A DNA stretch of 64,000 bases from Solirubrobacterales bacterium (GTDB lineage Bacteria; Actinomycetota; Thermoleophilia; Solirubrobacterales; Solirubrobacteraceae). Of this stretch, positions 57,305 through 64,000 are shown one piece after another (positions within the stretch are counted from its first letter, which is position 1; the number at the start of each line of letters is the position of its first letter). The stretch lies in assembly GCA_027315255.1 (NCBI GenBank), contig DAHUYL010000110.1:4362-68361 (forward strand). The letters are read 5' to 3'. The notes beneath the pieces were generated by a model. The model was not told where the DNA came from and ran no database searches. It was given only the letters and a program-made list of their open reading frames with translations. A program made the translations under genes and the position numbers.

Positions 57305-60300
57305 TGAGGGTCAGCCGCCGCGGCCCTTCCTGGAAGCCGAGCTCGACGAGCATCGCCCCGAGCTCGGATCCGAGCGCCGGCCGGCCGTCGACCGTCTCGA
57401 GCGCGACCCGGCGGATCCGCCCGGCACGGACGCCCTGCACCAGCGCCGCGAGCGCCGGGCGCAGGCGCGGGTCCCCGGGCGCGACCAGCGTCTGCACTGC
57501 GCGCCCGCCGCGCTCGAGGTAGACGATCGGCTCGCCACCGACCGACACCACTTGGGCACCGGCTTGGCGTGCCGGTGCCCGGCCGGTCGCGACCCGGTCG
57601 GCCTCCCCCTGATCGACCGGCCAGCGCAGCGCCGCGCCGTACGGCTGCGCCGGGTCGATCGCCGAGAGCACGACCGGCGGCTCCTCGCCGGTGCGCTGCT
57701 CGCGCAGCCGCTCGACCGCCCCGGGCAGTGCGAACTGGGCGCCGCCGAGCCCCTCTACGAAGTAGCCGCGGCGCGCGATCCCGAGCGTCTCGAGCTGAGT
57801 CAGCTCGGGATAGATCGCGCTGAAGCCGCCGGGGATGCCCTCGGCCAGCACCTGCTCGCGGGTCAGCACGCCGTAGCGCTCGAGCAGCAGCTCGGCCTGC
57901 GCGCGGCGTCGGGCGGCGGGATCGACGGAGGCGCCGGCGAGCAGCTGGGCGGTCAGCGACCAGCGTCCCTGAACCTGCGGGTGCGCCCCCGGGCGGGCGG
58001 CACCGAATCTCGCCGCGAACCGTCCAGGCCGCCGGCCGGCACCGGAGCGCAGCGCCGCCGGGCGAGCGAGCGACAGGTGCGGCGCGCGCAGCGGCGCGAA
58101 CGCGTCGTTGGTCACCTCTCCCGCCCACACGAGGTCCCACAGCGCCTCCTGGAGCTCCTCGGTCGAGACCTGGCCCAGCTCGACGAGCAGGTCCGTGAAG
58201 AAGCACGCGCCGCGCTCGAGGCGCGCGCGGATGTGGGCGTGCGCCTCGGTGTCCGAGACGGCTGCGCCCTTGCCGGCCGGCGGGCCCAGCAGGGTCAGGT
58301 CCTCGCGGAAGTAGAGCGCGACGCGCCCGGAGTTGCGGCCGAGCGCGCCCGCGCCGAGCCAGACGGCCTCCCCGGCGGCGCACAGCTGGTCGAGCCACGC
58401 GGGCGAGTACGCGCCGATCCGCCGCGGCAGCACCTCGCGCTCCCACACCTCGGCGGGCAACGCCAGCCCCTGGAGCGGGACGAGCACGTCGCGCAGGCGG
58501 TCGACGCCCGCGCCTGCCGGCTGGTGGCGGTCGACTCCCTGCCAGCCGGGCAGGAAGCGCGCGAGTGCGCGCTGGTCGACCGGCTCGACCTCCTTGCGCA
58601 GCGCCGCCAGCGACGCCCGCCGCAGCCGCCGTAGCACCTCCGGGTGGCACCACTCGCGCTCGGAGCCCCCGGGGCGCAGCTCGCCGCGGACGAGTTCGCC
58701 GTCGCGCTCGAGCACGGCCAGCGCGGCGGAGCAGTCCACCCCGTAGCGCGCCCGCAGCTCGTGGGTCGTGAACGGCCCATGGGTCGCGGCGTAGCGGCGC
58801 ACGACCTGCGAGAGCGCGCCGGGCACGTCCTCGAGGAACGCCTCCGGCAGCCCACCGGGCGGCGACGCGCCGAGCGCGTCGCGGTACAGGCCGGCGTCGG
58901 CGGCACAGATCCAGCGCTGCTCGCCGCCGAGCCGCACCCGCACCGCGCGGCGCTCGCCGGCGAGCGCCTCGAGCAGGGCGCTCGCATCGACGCCGTCGAG
59001 CGTGCGCGCCGCGACCTCGGCCCCGGTCAGGTCGCCGAGCGCTCGCAGCATGTCGTGCACGCCGTCGCGGGTCGCGACGCGGCGGTGCTCGGAGAGCCAT
59101 TGGAGGTCGGCCTCGACGCTCGCGAGCGCAGTCGGGTCGATCAGATCGCGCAGCTCCTCCTGGCCGAGCAGCTCGCGCAGCAGGTCGCGGTCGAGCGACA
59201 GCGCCGCCGCCCGGCGCTCGGCGTTCGGGGTGTCGCCCTCGTACATGTAGGTGGCGACGTAGTCGAACAGCAGCGAGGAGGCGAATGGAGAGGCGGTCGG
59301 CGTCTCGACCTCGACCAGCGAGATCTCGCGGCGGTGCAGGCGGGTCAGCAGCTCGGTCAGCCCGGGCAGGTCGAGCACGTCGCGCAGGCACTCGCGGAAC
59401 GTCTCGAGCACGATCGGGAAGTCGCCGTATTTGCGCGCCACCTCGAGCAGCGACTGCGACCTCAGCCGCTGCTGCCAGAGCGGCGTGCGCTTGCCCGGGC
59501 GCGCGCGCGGGATCAACAGCGCCCGCGCGGCGTTCTCGCGGAAGCGGGCGCCGAACAGCGCCGACGCCGACAGCTCGGCGACGACCAGCTCCTCGAGCTC
59601 GTCGGGCTCGATCAGCACGATCTCCGCGCCCGGGGGCGCCTCGGCGTCAGGCAGGTGGACGATGATCCCGTCGTCTGAGGTGATCGCGTCGGACTCGAGC
59701 CCCAGCTGCTCGCGGATCCGGGCCGACAGCGCGAGCCCCCAGGCGGCGTGGACACGGCCGCCGAACGGCGACAGCACGCACAAGCGCCAGTCGCCGATCT
59801 CGTCGCGGAAGCGCTCGATCACGATCGCGCGGTCGGACGGGATCACGCGCGTCGCGTCGCGCTGCTCGGCGAGGAACTCGACGAGGTTGCGGGCCGCCCG
59901 CTCGTCGAGGTCGTACTCGGCCGCAAGGACCTCCGGCGGCTGGTCGACCGCCCAGCGCGCGAACGCGCCGATCGCCTCGCCCAGCTCGCGCGGGCGCCCG
60001 ACGCCGTCGCCCTTCCAGAACGGGACCGCGCCGGGGAGGCCGGGCGCGGGCGTGACGATCACGCGGTCGCGGCCGATCTCCTCGATCCGCCAGGTCGAGG
60101 CGCCGAGCAGGAACGTCTGGCCGGGCCGGGCCTCGTACACCATCTCCTCGTCGAGCTCGCCGACGCGCCGGCCGTCGGGCAGGGTCACGGCGTAGAGGCC
60201 TCGGTCGGGGATCGTGCCGGCGTTGGTGACCGCCAGCTGGCGGGCGCCGGGCCGGGCGCGGAGCGTACCGGCGATCCGGTCCCACACGATCCGCGGGCGG

Positions 60301-61730
60301 AGCTCGGCGAACTCGGAGGAGGGATAGCGGCCGTCGAGCATGTCGAGCACGTTCTCGAACACGGGGCGGGTCAGCTCCGCGTACGTGTAGGTGCGGGCGA
60401 CCAGCTCGAACAGGTCGTCGACGGCGACCGGCTCCTCGTCGGGGGCGGCGGCGGCGATCGCGACGATCTGCTGGGCGAGCACGTCGAGCGGGTTGCGGGG
60501 GACGACCGTGGTCTCGATCGCGCCATCGCGCATCCGGCGGGCGACGACCGCGCACTCGAGCAGGTCGGCGCGGAACTTCGGGAAGATCCGCCCGCGGCTG
60601 ACATCGCCGACGTTGTGGCCCGCGCGGCCGATCCGCTGCAGCCCGCGGGCGACCGACTTCGGCGACTCGACCTGGATCACCAGGTCGACCGCGCCCATGT
60701 CGATCCCCAGCTCGAGCGAGGAGGTCGCGACCAGGCACGGCAGCTCGCCGGCCTTGAGCAGCTCCTCGATCACGGTCCGCTCCTCGCGCGCGAGCGAGCC
60801 GTGGTGGGCGCGGGCGATGGCGGCGTCGGCCAGCTCGTTCAGCCGCAGCGCGAGGCGCTCGGCGCTGCGGCGGTTGTTGACGAAGATGATCGTCGAGCGG
60901 TGCTCACGGACGAGCGCGAGCAACTCGGGATAGATCGCCGGCCAGATCGAACGGCGGGTGGCCTCGGTGCCGCCCGCAAGCGGGTCGAAGTCGGGCGATT
61001 CGGTCGCGTCTGGCTCGACCATCGACTCGACCGGGACGTGGATCTTCAGGTCGAGCGGCTTGCGCACGCCGGCATCGACGATCCGGCAGTCGCGTTTGCC
61101 TCCGACGAGGAAGCGACCGACCTCCTCGAGCGGGTTCTGCGTCGCCGACAGCCCGATCCGCTGGGGCTCTTGGGCGGCGGCGGCGCTGAGTCGCTCGAGC
61201 GTCAGCGCCAGGTGCGCGCCGCGCTTGGTCGAGGCGACCGCGTGGACCTCGTCGACGATGCACCAGCGCGTGGCCTCGAACAGGCGCTGCGCCTGGCCGG
61301 TCAGCATCAGGTACAGCGACTCGGGGGTTGTGATCAGGATGTCGGGCGGCTCGCGCAGCATCGCCGCGCGCTCGCGCTGGGGGGTGTCGCCCGTCCGGAC
61401 CGCGACCGTCAGCGGCGCGCCGATCCCGCGCAGCGGCACGCGCAGGTTGCGGTCGATGTCGTAGGACAGCGCCTTCAGGGGGGAGACGTAGACGAGGCTG
61501 ACGCCGGACCGGACCGGCGGAGCTCCGGCGAGCCGGTCCGAGGACAACGCGTCGATCGCCCACAGGAACGCTGCCAGCGTCTTGCCAGACCCGGTCGGGG
61601 CGCTCAGCAGCACGTGCTCGCCCGAGGCGATCGCAGGCCAAGCCAGCGACTGCGCCGCCGTCGGCTGCGCGAACGCGCGTGTGAACCAGTCCCTGGTCGC
61701 CTCACTGAAGCCGTCGAGGGCGCTCGCCAT
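57297..61730 (-). CDS. lhr: Long Lhr DEAD/H helicase
   Basis: APTGSGKT, TGDT, TTPESL, DEVH, GLSAT, HHGSL, QRIGRAGH; extended C-terminus (LLERYGVL, RGYFVEGLGGAQFA). Confidence 0.95.
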   Translation of the reverse strand: MASALDGFSEATRDWFTRAFAQPTAAQSLAWPAIASGEHVLLSAPTGSGKTLAAFLWAIDALSSDRLAGAPPVRSGVSLVYVSPLKALSYDIDRNLRVPLRGIGAPLTVAVRTGDTPQRERAAMLREPPDILITTPESLYLMLTGQAQRLFEATRWCIVDEVHAVASTKRGAHLALTLERLSAAAAQEPQRIGLSATQNPLEEVGRFLVGGKRDCRIVDAGVRKPLDLKIHVPVESMVEPDATESPDFDPLAGGTEATRRSIWPAIYPELLALVREHRSTIIFVNNRRSAERLALRLNELADAAIARAHHGSLAREERTVIEELLKAGELPCLVATSSLELGIDMGAVDLVIQVESPKSVARGLQRIGRAGHNVGDVSRGRIFPKFRADLLECAVVARRMRDGAIETTVVPRNPLDVLAQQIVAIAAAAPDEEPVAVDDLFELVARTYTYAELTRPVFENVLDMLDGRYPSSEFAELRPRIVWDRIAGTLRARPGARQLAVTNAGTIPDRGLYAVTLPDGRRVGELDEEMVYEARPGQTFLLGASTWRIEEIGRDRVIVTPAPGLPGAVPFWKGDGVGRPRELGEAIGAFARWAVDQPPEVLAAEYDLDERAARNLVEFLAEQRDATRVIPSDRAIVIERFRDEIGDWRLCVLSPFGGRVHAAWGLALSARIREQLGLESDAITSDDGIIVHLPDAEAPPGAEIVLIEPDELEELVVAELSASALFGARFRENAARALLIPRARPGKRTPLWQQRLRSQSLLEVARKYGDFPIVLETFRECLRDVLDLPGLTELLTRLHRREISLVEVETPTASPFASSLLFDYVATYMYEGDTPNAERRAAALSLDRDLLRELLGQEELRDLIDPTALASVEADLQWLSEHRRVATRDGVHDMLRALGDLTGAEVAARTLDGVDASALLEALAGERRAVRVRLGGEQRWICAADAGLYRDALGASPPGGLPEAFLEDVPGALSQVVRRYAATHGPFTTHELRARYGVDCSAALAVLERDGELVRGELRPGGSEREWCHPEVLRRLRRASLAALRKEVEPVDQRALARFLPGWQGVDRHQPAGAGVDRLRDVLVPLQGLALPAEVWEREVLPRRIGAYSPAWLDQLCAAGEAVWLGAGALGRNSGRVALYFREDLTLLGPPAGKGAAVSDTEAHAHIRARLERGACFFTDLLVELGQVSTEELQEALWDLVWAGEVTNDAFAPLRAPHLSLARPAALRSGAGRRPGRFAARFGAARPGAHPQVQGRWSLTAQLLAGASVDPAARRRAQAELLLERYGVLTREQVLAEGIPGGFSAIYPELTQLETLGIARRGYFVEGLGGAQFALPGAVERLREQRTGEEPPVVLSAIDPAQPYGAALRWPVDQGEADRVATGRAPARQAGAQVVSVGGEPIVYLERGGRAVQTLVAPGDPRLRPALAALVQGVRAGRIRRVALETVDGRPALGSELGAMLVELGFQEGPRRLTLSA

Positions 61731-61754
61731 CGAGCACCGAGGCTAGCGCGGCGC

Positions 61755-62375
61755 CTACGCCGGTTCGGGAGTGATGAACGCCACGGCCGGGGTCAGTCCG
61801 GCCGACTCGTGCAGCGTCGCGATCCGCCGCCCGGGCTGGACGGCCGGGTGGATCTCGCCGAGGTGGTCCCGGAGCTCCTGCTTGAGCTCGTCGAGGTTGA
61901 TCACGACCACGGCCAACCCCCAGAAGCGGGCATGCGGCCCCTGCAGCTCGGGCGCGTGCACCAGCTCGATGCTGGCGGGGCCGACGCGGCGGAAGCCCTG
62001 GCGCCCACGGCCGCTGCGCTCGCGGGTCCGTTTCAGCGGCATCCCGGCGCGATCGAGGGCCGCAGCGGTGCGGTCGAAGTCGGGGGTGATCACGACCACG
62101 TGGTCGACGCCGGTGGCGCCGTTCGGGTGGGTCGCGTACGGCGGCGGGCGCAGGACCTTCGGGACCGGCGTCGGCAGCCCGTCGACGGACCCGAGCGCGT
62201 TCACGCGTCGCAGCGACCACGACGTGATCCCGTGGCCGGTCTGTCCGAGGCGGATTCGAACGCCGCCGATGTCGAGATTGCCGCCGTCGTCGACCTCGAA
62301 GCCGAGCGCCTGCCACCGCTCCGGCGGGTCGGCGATCGACAGCTCGGCCAGCTCGGGCTCCCGCGTCTCGGTCAT
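61755..62375 (-). CDS. VOC/glyoxalase-like protein
   Basis: HPNGATGVDHVVV, FRRVGPASIELV, FWGLAVVV. Start 62375 or 62387. Confidence 0.75.
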   Translation of the reverse strand: MTETREPELAELSIADPPERWQALGFEVDDGGNLDIGGVRIRLGQTGHGITSWSLRRVNALGSVDGLPTPVPKVLRPPPYATHPNGATGVDHVVVITPDFDRTAAALDRAGMPLKRTRERSGRGRQGFRRVGPASIELVHAPELQGPHARFWGLAVVVINLDELKQELRDHLGEIHPAVQPGRRIATLHESAGLTPAVAFITPEPA

Positions 62376-62510
62376 CGCCCGGATCATGCCGCAGCAGCGC
62401 GCCCGCACCGAAGGGCCCAGCGCAGTTCGCCCCCCGGGTGGGCGATCACGGCGGCCGATCGCCGATGCCGGCTGCGGGCTGGCGCGGATGGCGCAGCGGC
62501 CGCTTCCCGC

Positions 62511-62974
62511 GGGATCGGGGTCGGCGCCGGGCTCACCGCGTACACGCTCGGGCTGCGTCACGCGTTCGACGCCGATCACATCGCGGCGATCGACAACGCC
62601 ACGCGAAAGCTGATCAGCGACGGCAGGCGGCCGCTCGAGACGGGGTTCTTCTTCTCCCTCGGCCACTCGACGATCGTGGTCGCATTGGCGCTGCTGGTCG
62701 CGCTCGGACTGGGCGGGTTGTCGGGCGCGATCGCGAACGGTCACTCCTCGCTTCACGAGTTCGGGAGCTTGATCGGCCCGTTCATCTCCGGCTCGTTCCT
62801 GGTGCTGATCGGGCTGATCAATCTGGCCGGCCTGGTCGGGATCGTTCGCGCGTTCATGCGCCTGCGGTCGGTCTCGCGGTGACGGGCATGTTCCTGGTCG
62901 GATGGCTGCTCGCCGTGTCCACGTGGCGCGTTGCCGGCCGCTGCGCGCCGGCTGCGGGTGCCGCCCGCCACTGA
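62511..62974 (+). pseudogene. NiCoT (HoxN/NixA) nickel/cobalt permease remnant
   Basis: Signatures RHAFDADHIAAIDN (62556) and FFSLGHSTIV; stop at 62882; a last-TM-like VTGMFLVGWLLAVSTWRV continues in another frame. Confidence 0.8.
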
Positions 62975-63115
62975 CCCGGTCGCGCGGAAAACCCGCACGC
63001 GGCCCGCACCTCGTGCGCGGGTGCAGTGCCGGGTTGCACCGATGTCCGGGCGTGGCACGACGCCCGACGATCCCTTCTAAGAAAACGCTCATAGTGCGAA
63101 GAGGGGGTTGGTGCA

Positions 63116-64000
63116 ATGACCGAGGTGCCGAACGACGCAGACGCGCAGCCCGGACTCCCGGAGGTACGCGTCGACGAGCCGGTCCTCGCCCGATACCCGT
63201 GGCTGACCGACCGCAACGTCATCTTCTTCCTGCTCGGCTGGATGCTGCTGTTCGGGGCGATCAGCGTGCTCATCTCGAACCCGTTCCAGAGCGAGCCGAG
63301 CGCGCTCGCGACCCCGAACTTCTGGCACGTGATGTTCCTGCACGGGCTGCTGATCGGGATGGTCTCGCTGGGCGCGCTGACCACCTGCCACGTGTTCGAG
63401 ATCCAGTCGCGCCACGTGCGCGTGTGGATCGCGCTCGGCGCGCTGGCGGCGACCGTGCCGGCGGCCGTCGGCGGGATCTTCGACAAGGCGGTGCCCGGGT
63501 ACGAGGTGCCGATGTGGATCCAGATCGTCGGGTTCTTCGCGCTCGACGAGATCCTGATCACGCTGCTGATCGGGTTCGTGCTCGAGTTCCGCCGGCGGGC
63601 TCCGGCGTCGCGCTCGCTCCCCTTCCTGGGCGCAACGCTCGCGACCGCGTCGATGTTGATCGCCGCGGTGATGGGCCACCTCGCCGGCTGGATGCTCGAG
63701 TTCAAGTACTCGCTCGGGTTCCTGCACTCGTTCGGCAAGTCGATCGGCTATCCGAAGTCGGCCGACTGGGTGAGCGCGCTGGTCGGGTCGCACTCGCACG
63801 AGATGGCCGTCGCCTCGATGGCGCTGATCGCGGTGCTCGCGGCACGGCAGTTCAAGTACCTCGAGCTGTCCGGCGCGTGGCGGACGGTCGCGCGCGTCGG
63901 GCTCGCGATGATCCCGATCGGCGTCGTCGCGATGACGTACGTGTACATCCGGGCCGGGTTCAGCACGTGGGCGCCGCCCGCCTGGTTCACCTCCCACAAC
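63116..64000 (+). CDS. His-containing polytopic membrane protein, runs off the window
   Basis: Not in the ORF track (no stop). Manual translation from ATG 63116 gives several TM segments with MFLHG, MGHLAGW, GSHSHEM. Confidence 0.75.
   Translation, partial: MTEVPNDADAQPGLPEVRVDEPVLARYPWLTDRNVIFFLLGWMLLFGAISVLISNPFQSEPSALATPNFWHVMFLHGLLIGMVSLGALTTCHVFEIQSRHVRVWIALGALAATVPAAVGGIFDKAVPGYEVPMWIQIVGFFALDEILITLLIGFVLEFRRRAPASRSLPFLGATLATASMLIAAVMGHLAGWMLEFKYSLGFLHSFGKSIGYPKSADWVSALVGSHSHEMAVASMALIAVLAARQFKYLELSGAWRTVARVGLAMIPIGVVAMTYVYIRAGFSTWAPPAWFTSHN

Noticed and set aside
59748-62882. 1044-aa ORF ending in NiCoT motifs, suggesting a fusion
   Set aside because: All but the last ~125 aa is antisense to lhr and the VOC gene.
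62975-63110. Structured leader next to the NiCoT remnant as a possible cobalamin or NiCo riboswitch
   Set aside because: Several GC hairpins are present but no B12-box or other recognisable consensus; needs an Rfam/Infernal search.

Overview
High-GC actinobacterial DNA. The gene style suggests a deep-branching lineage such as Thermoleophilia/Solirubrobacterales, but that is inference. No rRNA, tRNA, CRISPR array or transposase was recognised. In order, the window holds: (1) a GcvT-family flavoprotein and a choline/ethanolamine-kinase-like gene, divergent from a GlnA4-type gamma-glutamylation operon (GS, FadR, APC permease, ALDH, SDR); (2) a membrane glycosylation locus (O-antigen-ligase-like, two GT-C-like proteins, FAD enzyme) beside an orphan TadE/G-like adhesin; (3) malQ and glgE-treS-mak-glgB; (4) a ~10 kb redox island separating glgB from glgX, with an OmpR-type two-component system, two ApbE flavinylation modules, a ferredoxin reductase/ferredoxin pair and candidate 11-bp-spaced regulator boxes; (5) glgX, an aldo-keto reductase, a GAF-GGDEF-EAL protein and a PKD protein; (6) a methylamine-utilisation-like operon (MauE fused to a Tat-exported 18-Cys MauA-like domain, MauD-like, MauF-like, unknown ORF) with no mauB or mauG, which is the best candidate for an undescribed system; (7) groES-groEL with two CIRCE boxes; (8) Crp-NUDIX-ASCH, an ECF sigma with a DUF4349 partner, an AbiEi/DUF559 gene preceded by a ~115 bp palindrome that has a sister copy 20 kb away, and lhr-nei-GDPD; (9) an internally deleted NiCoT remnant and a His-rich membrane protein running off the right edge. 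All family calls rest on motifs recognised by eye; no searches were run.
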